Counted from the stretch's first letter, positions 18,369 through 28,207 are shown. The stretch is DNA of 64,000 nt from Candidatus Dormibacteria bacterium (GCA_046703825.1 JBJKSO010000087.1:57503-121502); one strand, 5' to 3'. Numbers and translations are program-made. The notes: generated by a model not told the origin, from the sequence alone.

Positions 18369-19970
18369 TCAGCTGAACGAGAGCTGCAGCGAGTGCTCCT
18401 CGGCGGTGCCGCGAATCAACACCGTAAGGAGGTGGGTGTGCGGGTCGAGGTGGGCACTGATCTTCGCGGCCGGCACGCTGCTGCGAATCTCGAAGCTGTG
18501 GAAGAAGCGGGGCACCTCGATCTCGAGCGGACGCCCAGCCACGCGGCCGCGGAAGCGCAGGCGGAGCCGTCCCTGCCGGTAGTTGTAGCTGAGCAACTGC
18601 AGGGTGCCCGGCGTCGCACGCGGGAAGGCCCGCGCCACGAGTCGTAGCCGCGAGGGATGCTTCAAAAAGGCCCAGCTGCCCCCCTCGTCCCAGTCCCAGA
18701 ACGCCCAGCCCAGCTTGAAGCGATCCAGTTCATTCATCTCGCGGGCGATCCACTGGTTGCCCGCCCTTCCCGGGTTGTCTCCGATCTCCCCCACCCAGGG
18801 AGCCCCGCCGTCCTCGCGCGCCTGCTGCTCCAGCAGCCGCAAAGGGGCAGAGTACTCGGGCACCGGCTTCTGCCAGGGCGGCTCGAGCAGGGTGGCGAAG
18901 ACGTGGCTGGAATAGACCAGGTTGGGGTAGGGCAGCCGGCCCACGTAGGTGGGTAGACCGAAGGACAGGGTCTGCTCGGTGATGTACATCTGTCGGGGTG
19001 CGATCCGCACCAAATGGGTTATCAGGGCGGCCTCGAAGGGGAGCAAGTACTTCTTCTCGAACAGCCCGGGGGGCACCGGGAACGGGTGGGGCTCGTTCCA
19101 CAGGTCAAAGCCGGCCACCGCCGAGTCGCGGGCGAAGGTCCGGGCGAGCACGCTCCAGACCTGGCGCACATCTTGCTGCCAACCCCCAAGGTCCGTCCAG
19201 AAGATCCCGTAGCTCGCGATCACTCCGGGGGCGGCATGCCGGTCCCAGGGCGAGGGCAGCTGCGTAAACGAGCGCGGCAGAAACCCGGCGGTGGCCCACG
19301 ATGGCGCGCCGTCACCGTGGTAGTAGATGCTCCAGTCGATGTTGTGCAGGTCCAGGATGGTGTAAATACGCTCCCGGGCCGCCTCCGCCACCACCCGGCG
19401 GATGCGGCCGATATAGGCGCGGTCGATGCGACCGGGCTGCGGCTCGATTTCGGACCAGTCGACCGGCAGCCGGATTACGTCGAATCCGTCGGCGGCCATC
19501 TGGGCGAAGGCGGCAGCGTCGGGCACCGGGCCCGGCTTCATGTCCTGGGCCTGCTCCAGGCCGGTGACGTTCATCCCTCGCAGAAGCACCTGCCGCCCCG
19601 AGCTGTCGTAGATCGCCCGACCGTCACTGTGCAGCCAGGGCAGGGCCGGCTGTGCCGGCACCGCGGCTCGCGTGCGGGCGCCAGCCGGGTAGGCCGGGTA
19701 CGAGTTGGGTATCAGCGCAAACAGGGTCAGCCCCAAGCTCAGCAGCAAGAAGAGGCCTACCAGCGCAGTCAGGCAGCCGCAGCAGCCGCGCACAGGACGG
19801 GGCCAGCCTCCCGGCCAGCGCCAGAGTCGGCGCGGACGCAGCCGCCGGCCGCGACTCTGCACCGTCACCCTTGTCGCCTGGGGGAGCTGGGACAACCACT
19901 TCCCTCCGCTCTGTCGTACGACAGTTTGACCGCTGCGGACCGCCCGCCAAGGACAAGGTAACTTCGGCAC
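18369..19970 (-). CDS. Glycoside hydrolase family 5 (cellulase/mannanase superfamily), N-terminally membrane-anchored
   Basis: IRLPVDW, the DLHN asparagine box, and FDLWNEPH with the catalytic NEP acid/base. A TM segment LTALVGLFLLLSLGLTLFALI precedes the domain. The true start is probably downstream of 19970. Confidence 0.75.
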   Translation of the reverse strand: MPKLPCPWRAVRSGQTVVRQSGGKWLSQLPQATRVTVQSRGRRLRPRRLWRWPGGWPRPVRGCCGCLTALVGLFLLLSLGLTLFALIPNSYPAYPAGARTRAAVPAQPALPWLHSDGRAIYDSSGRQVLLRGMNVTGLEQAQDMKPGPVPDAAAFAQMAADGFDVIRLPVDWSEIEPQPGRIDRAYIGRIRRVVAEAARERIYTILDLHNIDWSIYYHGDGAPSWATAGFLPRSFTQLPSPWDRHAAPGVIASYGIFWTDLGGWQQDVRQVWSVLARTFARDSAVAGFDLWNEPHPFPVPPGLFEKKYLLPFEAALITHLVRIAPRQMYITEQTLSFGLPTYVGRLPYPNLVYSSHVFATLLEPPWQKPVPEYSAPLRLLEQQAREDGGAPWVGEIGDNPGRAGNQWIAREMNELDRFKLGWAFWDWDEGGSWAFLKHPSRLRLVARAFPRATPGTLQLLSYNYRQGRLRLRFRGRVAGRPLEIEVPRFFHSFEIRSSVPAAKISAHLDPHTHLLTVLIRGTAEEHSLQLSFS

Positions 19971-20021
19971 CCGGCTCCGCCGTTACCACTGGCGAGACCC
20001 CCACCAGATCAGGAGCTCTTT

Positions 20022-22103
20022 GTGCCCCACGGACCCAGGCGGACGGCGGGGGTCGCCCTTTGTGCGGCCGCGGTGGCGGTGGGCTCAGGACTGCTCGGTG
20101 GCAGCCATGCCGCTGCGGCTACCCCAGCCCGGCGCGCCGCCCTCACCCTGAGCCCGCACCCGGCCGTGCACTCCATCAGGGAGGCGCGCTATCGGCTAGC
20201 GGTCAGCCGCACCGGCATGGTGACGGTAGAAACCCCCGGGGGCCAGGCCATCACCCGCTTTCCCCTCGTGGCCGAGGCGGGCTGGGAGACGCCGCCGGCA
20301 GACCTTACCTTCTCCACCAGCTGGCACGGTGGCGAGCTCAGGTCAGCCGCGTACACCGCCGGGTCGGTGCTAGTGGACCGGGCCCAGCTCGTTCCCCGGG
20401 CGGACTTCTTCACGGTGAGGTTTCAGACCCGGGTCGGCCCGGCTCCCGCCATCTCCCCCAGCTTCTTCTTCAACGGCCGCACCGGGCTGTCGGTGCACTC
20501 GGCCAGAGGCGGGTTCTCACCCGACCCGCGGCGCTCCCTCCTGAGCCGGACCCCGTCAGTGGTGATCGCTCGGGGCGGGCCCTTCGCGCCCCCCCCGTTC
20601 GACCTTCAGCTCCACTTCGGCGACCACTGGCTCGGTTTCGGGCTGCAGCAGGTTCCGGACGCAACCCGGATGGCCGTCACCGGCAGCGGCGAGGTGAAGG
20701 TCAACTACCCACTGGAGGCTCTGCGCAAGTTCCGGGACCGCGGCGCCGGCGGCCGGGTGGGATGGCAGGCGGGCGCGCCGGTAGTCGGCTACCCCACCTT
20801 CGTCTTCACCTTGGCCAGCAACCCCTGGAAGGGGCTCGGCGACTACCAAACCGCACTGGGTCGGTTGGGGCTGGCCAAGATGGCGGCGCCGCCCGGAAGC
20901 TGGCCCAGCTGGTGGTCGCGCCCCATCGTCGACCCCTGGGGCCAGCAGGTGCTCACCCACGCCGACCGTCGCTCGCCCACTTACACCGCGGCCTGGATCC
21001 GCCGCTATATCAGGGAGTGGAGGTCCCGCTTTGGTGTGCGGCAGGTCACTCTGGTGATCGACTCGCAGTGGCAGGCCAGACTCGGTTCGGCGACCCCCAG
21101 CAGCCGTTTCGGGGGGCTCGCGGGGATGCGCCGGCTCATCCATGGCCTGCAGGCGCAGGGCGTGCATGTGCTCCTCTGGTGGCCGCTTTGGATAGACGTC
21201 GGCGGCCCCCAGGTGGGGCAGCTACACGAGTCCAAGCTCGCCTACCCCCAAGCCCGCCACCGCCGGCCGCTCTACGACCCCACCAACGCTGGGTTCCCGG
21301 CTCTGCTGCACCAGCAGGTGCAAACCCTGCTGGGATCGGGCAGCCATGACCTGGGGGCTAATGGTCTCAAGCTCGACTGGGGCCAGATCACCCCCAAACC
21401 CGGTTCGGTGCACTTCTCGCGGCCATGGTTGGGCATGGGGGCGGCGGCACTGCTGCGCTACATGCGCCTGCTCTACACCGACTCACAGCAAGTGCAGCCC
21501 GGTTCACTGGTGGACGCCAGCGCCGTGGCTCCCCAGTACCGTCCCTACCTCGACGTCCTGCGGCTCTACGACTCCTCGACGGAGCTCAAGTGGCAGGAGC
21601 GGGCACGGGTGGTGGCGGCGGCCGACCCCGGACGGCTCATCGACGGCGACGACTGGCGGGTGCCTTCATCGCAGGCAATCGCCCACGCCGTCACCAGCAC
21701 GGTCTACGGGACCCCGGCTAGCTACTTCCTAACACGCTGGTTCGACGGTGCACCGCTGGGCCGCCGGCAAGCCCACGTGCTGGGGGAGATCATGCGCCTG
21801 GCCGCGCTGAAAGGACAGGGTCACGCCTCGCCTCTCCCGGGGGGACAGTGGGCGTACCGGGTGCACGGGCAGCTCAGGGCGAGAACCATGGACCGCGGCA
21901 AGGCACTGGTCATCTATCAGCCGGTCAAGGGCTGCGATCCCTCTCTCCGCGCCGAAGTCATCAGCGCCACTTCCACCACGCTCCGCGTCCGCCCCACACC
22001 TGCCGGCCGCCCGGTGCTGGTGCGGCTGGACGCGGGGCGGCCTCAGGGCGTGGGCGTGGAGCGGGCCGGATGCCGCATCCCGGAGCCGCCCGGAAGCGCC
22101 TGA
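20022..22103 (+). CDS. Secreted 693 aa protein; putative TIM-barrel glycoside hydrolase of unassigned family
   Basis: Signal peptide AAVAVGSGLLGGSHAAAA. The motifs VTLVIDSQWQ and GLKLDW recall the DDGW and KxD boxes of GH-D clan enzymes, but the match is weak. GC3 is coding-like. Confidence 0.55.
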   Translation: MPHGPRRTAGVALCAAAVAVGSGLLGGSHAAAATPARRAALTLSPHPAVHSIREARYRLAVSRTGMVTVETPGGQAITRFPLVAEAGWETPPADLTFSTSWHGGELRSAAYTAGSVLVDRAQLVPRADFFTVRFQTRVGPAPAISPSFFFNGRTGLSVHSARGGFSPDPRRSLLSRTPSVVIARGGPFAPPPFDLQLHFGDHWLGFGLQQVPDATRMAVTGSGEVKVNYPLEALRKFRDRGAGGRVGWQAGAPVVGYPTFVFTLASNPWKGLGDYQTALGRLGLAKMAAPPGSWPSWWSRPIVDPWGQQVLTHADRRSPTYTAAWIRRYIREWRSRFGVRQVTLVIDSQWQARLGSATPSSRFGGLAGMRRLIHGLQAQGVHVLLWWPLWIDVGGPQVGQLHESKLAYPQARHRRPLYDPTNAGFPALLHQQVQTLLGSGSHDLGANGLKLDWGQITPKPGSVHFSRPWLGMGAAALLRYMRLLYTDSQQVQPGSLVDASAVAPQYRPYLDVLRLYDSSTELKWQERARVVAAADPGRLIDGDDWRVPSSQAIAHAVTSTVYGTPASYFLTRWFDGAPLGRRQAHVLGEIMRLAALKGQGHASPLPGGQWAYRVHGQLRARTMDRGKALVIYQPVKGCDPSLRAEVISATSTTLRVRPTPAGRPVLVRLDAGRPQGVGVERAGCRIPEPPGSA

Positions 22104-22105
22104 GG

Positions 22106-23767
22106 CTAGGCTCGACTCCCGCGGGGCGGCCCCACCTGTGCCCAGGTCCCGGTCCCGCTCCAGTCCAGCTGGAGCTGCATCTTTTCCGACCTAACTTGGG
22201 GCGCTCTGGAGAAGAGTCCCCCAACCTCTTGCGGGCGGTCGGCGGCATCGCGCAGGCGGCGCAGCTCGGCCAGTTCGGCCCACTGCCCGGAACCGTACTG
22301 ATCCAGCGCGTCCGAAGCCATCAGCGAGCCGCCAAGGCCAGCGATAGCGCTTCCGGCGGCTGCCCGTCGAAAGGCTTCGGGCTGATTCCGCAAGAGCACG
22401 CAGTCGGGGTCGTTGATCCACAGCCGCCGGTGCATCGGAGCCCGGAGCACCGCCGTCCGCACCGCCGCACTGGCGGAGGGAGTTGGTTCCGGGCTCTGCA
22501 CCGGGTCCTTGGGGGGGTCTTCCCAGCGGGCACCGGTGTCTGGCGAGACGCGCATGGCGTCGACGAGTCCGACCGCCGCGGCCAGAGGGCAGCCGCAAGC
22601 CAAAACGAAGCAGTCGTCGGGCAGGCCCTGGCGCAGGGCCTGCAGCCCGAGCTGGAGAGCCGCCATGCGGTTCACCGGCAGCCACCGGTCCCCCGCCAGC
22701 GCCGCCGCGTACAGGTAGTCGAGTTTGAAGTACCGGAAGCCCGTCGCCGCCAACTTGGCCAGCAGCCGGTGAAGGTGCTCGCGCAGCTGGGGGTGGGTGG
22801 CGTCGAGCGCGTAGGCGGTCCCCCAGGCGGGATTCCGGCTGGCCACCACTGGACGGCCGCCGCGGTGCAGCAGCCAGCCCGGGTGCCACGCTGCCAGGGC
22901 ACTGTCGGCGGCAGCGACGAAGGGTGCCAACCAGATGCCCGGAACCACACCCAGATCGACCGCAGCGCGGGCGAAGCTCTCCAGATCGTCTTGCTCCCAG
23001 CCTGGCGCCGGGCTAAGCCAGTCGCCGACCCTGTGCTGGAAGCCGTCGTCCAGCTGCACGGTTCGCAGGCCATGGGCCGCCGCCAGCGCCAGCTGCTTCA
23101 AGATCACTTGGGGCTCGACCCGCTCGAAGTACTGGTACCAGCTGCACCAGCCGTAGGGGCTCGCCACCTCTTTGGCTGGCGCGCCACGGTGGGCCCATAG
23201 CTCGATCAGTCGCCGATAGGCGTGCTCAGCCTTTCCGCGGACCAGCAGCAGCGGGTCGAGTTCAATCTCGGCCCCACCCGCCACAGCCTCCCCTTCGAGC
23301 AGAGCCCGGGCCGTGAGCCTGGTGGGGCCGGCTTCGACCACCCCAACCTGGCCCGCACCGCCGAGGAAGCCCAGCGCGCCGCCCTCGAACACCAGCAGCG
23401 GTTCACCGGTGACGCAGCGCCCAGCGGTCTTGGGATCCGCCAGCAGCATGGACCGCAGCCAGAAAGGCGCCCGAGACCGCGCCGGGCGCGGGTCGGTCGG
23501 AGCGCACCGGCGCACCGGAGACCAACTCTGCCATCCCTGCTCGAGCACACGGCTGGGCTCCCAGCTCAGACCTACCGCGAGTTCGTGCAGCAGCCGGCTG
23601 CCTCGCCCAGGGTTGCGGATCGTAAAGGCAAGGCCGACCTCCGCCGGCCCGAAGTCCAGCCGCCGGCTGATCACCTCGAAGCCGGCCAACCGCAAGTGTC
23701 CCTCTCTCCAGCGGACCGTGTCTCCGTCCAGGGTCAGGTCGACCGGTGTTGGTTCCGTCCTGCTCAC
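22106..23767 (-). CDS. Alpha-galactosidase, GH36 family
   Basis: YGWCSWYQYF, VQLDDGFQ and RYFKLDYL are the diagnostic GH36 catalytic-region motifs. Confidence 0.85.
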   Translation of the reverse strand: MSRTEPTPVDLTLDGDTVRWREGHLRLAGFEVISRRLDFGPAEVGLAFTIRNPGRGSRLLHELAVGLSWEPSRVLEQGWQSWSPVRRCAPTDPRPARSRAPFWLRSMLLADPKTAGRCVTGEPLLVFEGGALGFLGGAGQVGVVEAGPTRLTARALLEGEAVAGGAEIELDPLLLVRGKAEHAYRRLIELWAHRGAPAKEVASPYGWCSWYQYFERVEPQVILKQLALAAAHGLRTVQLDDGFQHRVGDWLSPAPGWEQDDLESFARAAVDLGVVPGIWLAPFVAAADSALAAWHPGWLLHRGGRPVVASRNPAWGTAYALDATHPQLREHLHRLLAKLAATGFRYFKLDYLYAAALAGDRWLPVNRMAALQLGLQALRQGLPDDCFVLACGCPLAAAVGLVDAMRVSPDTGARWEDPPKDPVQSPEPTPSASAAVRTAVLRAPMHRRLWINDPDCVLLRNQPEAFRRAAAGSAIAGLGGSLMASDALDQYGSGQWAELAELRRLRDAADRPQEVGGLFSRAPQVRSEKMQLQLDWSGTGTWAQVGPPRGSRA

Positions 23768-23817
23768 CTCACCTGCGCCGTGGGCTCCGCGAGCCAGCCA
23801 CCCCGCGTGGGTGGATG

Positions 23818-25002
23818 CTGTGGGACGTGGATCAGGGTGACCGCCGAGCCGATCCCAATCAGGTAGCCGCGGATCTGCTCCAGCGGGTTGCGGGACAGCG
23901 ACCCCAGGTCACGGGAGCGTGCCCCGGCCGGATCAACCTGCTCGGGGAGCACACGGACTACAACGGGGGACTCTGCCTCCCGTTCGCAGTGTCGGCTCAC
24001 ACCGCAGCAGCAGTGAGCCAGCGGGCGGACCGCTGGGTCAGGGTGTGGTCGGACGGCTTCGGCGGCCCGGTCAGCCGCCGGCTGGACCAGCTCCAGCCCG
24101 GGATGGCCCTCGGCCCGGGTGAGGAGTGGGCGGCGTACCCCCTCGGTGTGGTCTGGGCTCTGGACCGTAGTGAGCCCCGCGCAGCTGGTCTGGACATTGC
24201 CGTGGCCTCCAGTCTGGACTCCGGGGCAGGCCTGGCGTCGAGCGCCGCGCTGACCTGCGCGGTCGGGCTTGCAGTCAGCCGGCTCGGCGGCGCATCCACC
24301 TCCAGGCGGCGACTGGCGGCCTTCGCGCGGGAGGCGGAGAACCGCATGGCCGGAGTACCGAGCGGTTGGCTGGACCAGTACGCCGTCCTCTTCGCCCGCA
24401 GGCGGCGGGCAATGTTCTTGGACTGCGCCCGCTTGCGCTGGCAGTACGTCGACTGCGACTTCCGACCGCATGGCCTGGCCGTCCTGGTCGTGGCCGGCCG
24501 GCAGATGCACAGCCACAGGGTCGGCGGCTACGGAGCGTTGCGCGAGCGGTTTGCACGTGCGGCCGCCGACCTCGGTCTCGCCTCGCTCGGGCAGGTGGCC
24601 CCAGAGGGCATGGCTGCGGCAAGGCGGCGGCTGCCCGGCGCCGCGCGGCCGCTGCTCGACCACCTGCGGTCGGAGAACCAGCGGGTCCGGGAGGCGGTGG
24701 AGCTGCTGCGCCTGCGCCGGCCGGGGCAGCTGGGACAGCTGCTGAACAGCTCTCACGCCTCCCTTCGCGACCGCCTCGGGGCATCGACCGCTGAGCTGGA
24801 CGAGCTTTGCGAGCTGGCCCGCGATGCCGGTGCCCTGGGCGCGCGCATGGTCGGTGGGGGCGGCGGCGGCGCGGCGTTGGCGCTCGTCCCGTCGAGCCGG
24901 CTGCACCGGGTCCAACAGGCATTGGCTCGCGACGCCGCTGTGGCAGTGGAGGTGACCGCCGAGCGCGGTGCCTGGACGTTGAAGGCACCGCCAGCACATT
25001 AA
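23818..25002 (+). CDS. galK: Galactokinase (GHMP kinase)
   Basis: PGRINLLGEHTDYNGG galactokinase signature, the GHMP motif GAGLASSAA, and GARMVGGGGGG. The ORF opens at 23746; I took the internal Met to avoid overlapping the divergent GH36 start. Confidence 0.88.
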   Translation: MWDVDQGDRRADPNQVAADLLQRVAGQRPQVTGACPGRINLLGEHTDYNGGLCLPFAVSAHTAAAVSQRADRWVRVWSDGFGGPVSRRLDQLQPGMALGPGEEWAAYPLGVVWALDRSEPRAAGLDIAVASSLDSGAGLASSAALTCAVGLAVSRLGGASTSRRRLAAFAREAENRMAGVPSGWLDQYAVLFARRRRAMFLDCARLRWQYVDCDFRPHGLAVLVVAGRQMHSHRVGGYGALRERFARAAADLGLASLGQVAPEGMAAARRRLPGAARPLLDHLRSENQRVREAVELLRLRRPGQLGQLLNSSHASLRDRLGASTAELDELCELARDAGALGARMVGGGGGGAALALVPSSRLHRVQQALARDAAVAVEVTAERGAWTLKAPPAH

Positions 25003-25034
25003 TTTGGTAGGATCAAACTAACCAACCGTATCTG

Positions 25035-26852
25035 ATGGAGGCGCCCTTGAATACTGCGGAGGAAAGGCGAGGCGAGCGAGGGGTGGCCTACAAGTGGATT
25101 GCCCTGTCAAACACCACCCTGGGCATCCTGATGGCGACGATCAACTCCTCGATCGTGCTGATCGCCCTGCCGGACATCTTCCGCGGCATCCACCTCAACC
25201 CGCTGACCAGCGGCAACACCCCCTTCTTCCTCTGGATGCTGATGGGCTACATGGTGGTGACGGCCGTATTGGTCGTCAGCTTGGGCCGGATCGGCGACAT
25301 CTACGGCCGGGTTCGGATGTACAACCTCGGCTTCGCCGTCTTCACCGTTTTCTCGATCCTGCTCTCGCTGACTTGGCTCGGGGGGGCGGACGGTGCCATC
25401 TACATGATTGCCATGCGCGTCTTTCAGGGCATCGGTGGCGCCATGCTCTGGGCCAACTCAAGCGCCATCCTCACCGATGCCTTCCCCTCCAACCAGCGGG
25501 GATTGGCGCTTGGGACCAACATGGTGGCGGCGATCGCGGGTTCCTTCCTGGGGCTGGTGCTGGGTGGCGTGCTGGGGCCGATCTCGTGGCGGCTGGTGTT
25601 CCTGGTCTCGGTTCCGGTCGGACTGTTCGGTACCGTTTGGGCCTATCTGAAGCTCCGGGACACCGGCATTCGCATCCCCGCCAAGCTCGACTGGTGGGGC
25701 AACCTCACCTTCGCCGCCGGGCTGATCGCGGTGCTGGTCGGAATCACCTACGGCATCCTCCCCTACGGGCAATCCTCGATGGGCTGGACCAGTCCGCTGG
25801 TGCTGGGCTGCCTGATCGGCGGAGTAGCCCTGCTGGTGCTTTTTGCGATCCTCGAGACCAAGGTCGAGCAACCGATGTTCCGCATCCCCCTCTTCGGCAT
25901 TCGCGCCTTCGCCGCCGGCAACGTGGCGGCGCTGCTATCGGCCCTGGCCCGCGGCGGGCTGATGTTCATCATGATCATCTGGCTGCAGGGGATCTGGCTT
26001 CCTCAGCACGGGTACAGCTTCGCCCAGACCCCGCTCTGGGCCGGGATCTACATGCTGCCGCTCACCGCCGGCTTTTTGGTCGCCGGGCCGGTCGCCGGGG
26101 TGCTGGCTGACCGCCACGGATCCCGCGGGCTGGCCACCACCGGGGTGCTCTGCTCGGCGGTGATCTTCGGGCTGTTCCAGCTCCTGCCGGCTAACTTCGA
26201 CTACGGCTGGTTCGCGCTGCTGCTCTTCGCCTACGGCCTCTCCAGCGGGCTGTTCGCCTCGCCTAACCAGACCGGGATCATGAACAGCCTGCCACCGCAC
26301 CAGCGCGGGGCCGGCGCCGGCATGTCCGCCACCTTCCAGAACTCGTCCACCGTGCTGTCGATCGGGATCTTCTTCACCCTGATCATCATCGGACTCTCTG
26401 CCTCCCTCCCCCACGCGCTCTACCACGGACTGGTGGCCCAGGGCGTCCCCACCGCCTACGCCAGCCGAGTCGCCCACCTGCCCGCAGTCGGCAGCCTCTT
26501 CGCGGCTTTCCTCGGCTACAACCCGATCGGCACCTTGCTCGGGCCGCTCCTGCCCCACCTCTCCCACGCTCAGGCCGCCGCCCTGACGGGCCGCGGCTTC
26601 TTCCCTCACCTGATCTCACAACCATTCATTCAGGGCTTGCACGAGGCCTTCTGGTTCGCGGCCGCGGTCTGCCTGGCGGCGGCGGTCGCCAGCTGGCTGC
26701 GGGGCGGCCGCTACATCCATCCCGAGACCACGCCCGTTCAGACGCCGCTGCCGACGGTCGCCGCGGCGGCGGCCGCGCCCCCCGCTCCCAACGGCCATGG
26801 ACGGCAACCGACCCAGCGGGAGCGGATCCCATCGGAGGGAGGAACCGGGTGA
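25035..26852 (+). CDS. MFS transporter, DHA2-like 14-TMS drug:H+ antiporter family
   Basis: About 14 hydrophobic segments, GRIGDIYGRVRMY motif A region, and a length of 605 aa. Confidence 0.9.
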   Translation: MEAPLNTAEERRGERGVAYKWIALSNTTLGILMATINSSIVLIALPDIFRGIHLNPLTSGNTPFFLWMLMGYMVVTAVLVVSLGRIGDIYGRVRMYNLGFAVFTVFSILLSLTWLGGADGAIYMIAMRVFQGIGGAMLWANSSAILTDAFPSNQRGLALGTNMVAAIAGSFLGLVLGGVLGPISWRLVFLVSVPVGLFGTVWAYLKLRDTGIRIPAKLDWWGNLTFAAGLIAVLVGITYGILPYGQSSMGWTSPLVLGCLIGGVALLVLFAILETKVEQPMFRIPLFGIRAFAAGNVAALLSALARGGLMFIMIIWLQGIWLPQHGYSFAQTPLWAGIYMLPLTAGFLVAGPVAGVLADRHGSRGLATTGVLCSAVIFGLFQLLPANFDYGWFALLLFAYGLSSGLFASPNQTGIMNSLPPHQRGAGAGMSATFQNSSTVLSIGIFFTLIIIGLSASLPHALYHGLVAQGVPTAYASRVAHLPAVGSLFAAFLGYNPIGTLLGPLLPHLSHAQAAALTGRGFFPHLISQPFIQGLHEAFWFAAAVCLAAAVASWLRGGRYIHPETTPVQTPLPTVAAAAAAPPAPNGHGRQPTQRERIPSEGGTG

Positions 26853-27325
26853 GCGCGCAGCCGCCCCGGGGGCCGGAGGACCTGGAGGAGTCGCTGACCA
26901 CGATCGTGGCCTGGGCCTGGCGGCACGACGTGCAGGCCGAGGTCGCCCGGCGTGCCAGCTGCACCCTTCCCCTCGCCACCATCTGGCTGCTGGCGCGGAT
27001 AGCCGCGTGTGGACCGGCGCACCCTTCAGATCTCGCCGCGTTCCACGCGGTGGACAACTCCACCATCACCCCCAGGCTGCAGCGTCTGGAGCGCGACGGC
27101 CTGGTCCAGCGCCAGCCCGACCCAGGGGATGGCCGGGCCTCGCTGGTGTCCGTCACACCCGCCGGCCGCCAGCTCCTGCGGAGGTTGCGGCGAGCCCGCT
27201 CGCAGATACTCGCCGAACTCCTGGGAGACGTTAGCCCCGCGGCGTGGGATCAGATCGCCCGAGGGGTGTCCGGCCTAGCCGAACGGCTGACGGCTGCCCA
27301 GGCGGAGCGGCTCCAGCTCAGCTAG
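26849..27325 (+). CDS. MarR-family transcriptional regulator
   Basis: wHTH PSDLAAFHAVDNSTITPRLQRLERDGLVQRQPDPGDGRASLVSVTPAGRQ. The start overlaps the MFS stop by 4 bp. Confidence 0.8.
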   Translation: MSAQPPRGPEDLEESLTTIVAWAWRHDVQAEVARRASCTLPLATIWLLARIAACGPAHPSDLAAFHAVDNSTITPRLQRLERDGLVQRQPDPGDGRASLVSVTPAGRQLLRRLRRARSQILAELLGDVSPAAWDQIARGVSGLAERLTAAQAERLQLS

Positions 27326-27555
27326 CCCGAGCAGGTGCAACCGGTCTCGTCAGCGCAGCCGCGGCAGCAGTACAGGCCGCCGTCCTCCGCTGCGTAGCCT
27401 GCGCCGCCGTTCTCGGTCCAACTGGTCTCGGGCCGCCCACATCCCGGGCAGAGCCGCTGCTCGCCCTTCAGGGTGCCGGTCTCCACGGACGGGTCGACCA
27501 CGCCGCCGAAGTCCTCGCCCGTCCCGGTCACGGCTCTTCCTCCCAGCCGGCGCAA
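27322..27555 (-). CDS. Small Cys-rich protein with a YHS/TRASH-like metal-binding cysteine pattern
   Basis: 77 aa with 7 Cys arranged as C-x2-C-x23-C-x3-C plus a GCTC tail (CPGC...LYCCRGCADETGCTCSG). GC3 is about 88% in this frame. The start is TTG and no clear SD is visible. Confidence 0.4.
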   Translation of the reverse strand: MRRLGGRAVTGTGEDFGGVVDPSVETGTLKGEQRLCPGCGRPETSWTENGGAGYAAEDGGLYCCRGCADETGCTCSG

Positions 27556-27687
27556 AGGACGCCAGCAAGCGCCCAGGCTAGCACCTGCCGGCTCCGGCCA
27601 CTCGGGTGTAACAGGCGCCGACCCAGGTAGTTAGTAAGCGCAACGGATCGGCCCTGAGGCCAGTCCACCAGCAAAGGAGGACAGTCC

Positions 27688-27867
27688 ATGGAGTCCACGG
27701 GAACCGCCCTTCCACGAGAGTCCACCGGCAGCCCGGTTCCCCTAGGCGGCATCTGGGAGACTCGGGATCACCCGCACCAGGTAGACATCCGCCTCAAGCA
27801 GGGCGAGACGTTTCCCACCTGCCGCGAGTGCCACGCGGCCGTGATCTGGGAGTTCGAGGAAGCGTAG
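27688..27867 (+). CDS. Unannotated 59 aa ORF with a canonical RBS; possible small Zn-ribbon-like protein
   Basis: AAAGGAGG sits 6 nt upstream of the ATG at 27688. The protein is MESTGTALPRESTGSPVPLGGIWETRDHPHQVDIRLKQGETFPTCRECHAAVIWEFEEA, GC3 is about 80%, and it contains a C-x2-C-H motif. It is below the 60 aa cutoff of the supplied ORF track. Confidence 0.4.
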   Translation: MESTGTALPRESTGSPVPLGGIWETRDHPHQVDIRLKQGETFPTCRECHAAVIWEFEEA

Positions 27868-28207
27868 CCGCCCGACGATTTCTCAGCCTCGGCTGCGGCA
27901 ACCCCCAGACTGGGCGGCTTCCATTGGTGCCGGTGGTCCGGTACCGACCGGATCCGGCCGCCGTTGGACCTTTGGGCGACCACTCACCTACGGGGGTCGC
28001 CGGCCAACCGACACAGAGGAGGTGCGGGTGTGAAGTGTCCGGTTCGCGGCGAGATCCTTCCTGATCCATCCCCCAACCCCTGGCCGACGGGGGAGATCGT
28101 GACCCCGACAGCGTCTGCCATCGCACCGCCAGCAGCCGGGGCGCCGCCCCCCGCAGCTGAGAGCCAGCTACGCGCTCCGGGGTCGGCCGCCTGACCGCTG
28201 CCCGCGG

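Noticed and set aside
19652-21349. A 565 aa ORF on the plus strand
   Set aside because: It overlaps the GH5 gene antisense and the 693 aa secreted-protein gene out of frame. It is Arg/Pro/Gly-rich with no motif.
21848-23200. A 450 aa plus-strand ORF, together with a 411 aa minus-strand ORF at 23764-24999
   Set aside because: The first is antisense to the GH36 alpha-galactosidase and the second is antisense to galactokinase. The sense genes carry diagnostic motifs, and the antisense translations are low-complexity.
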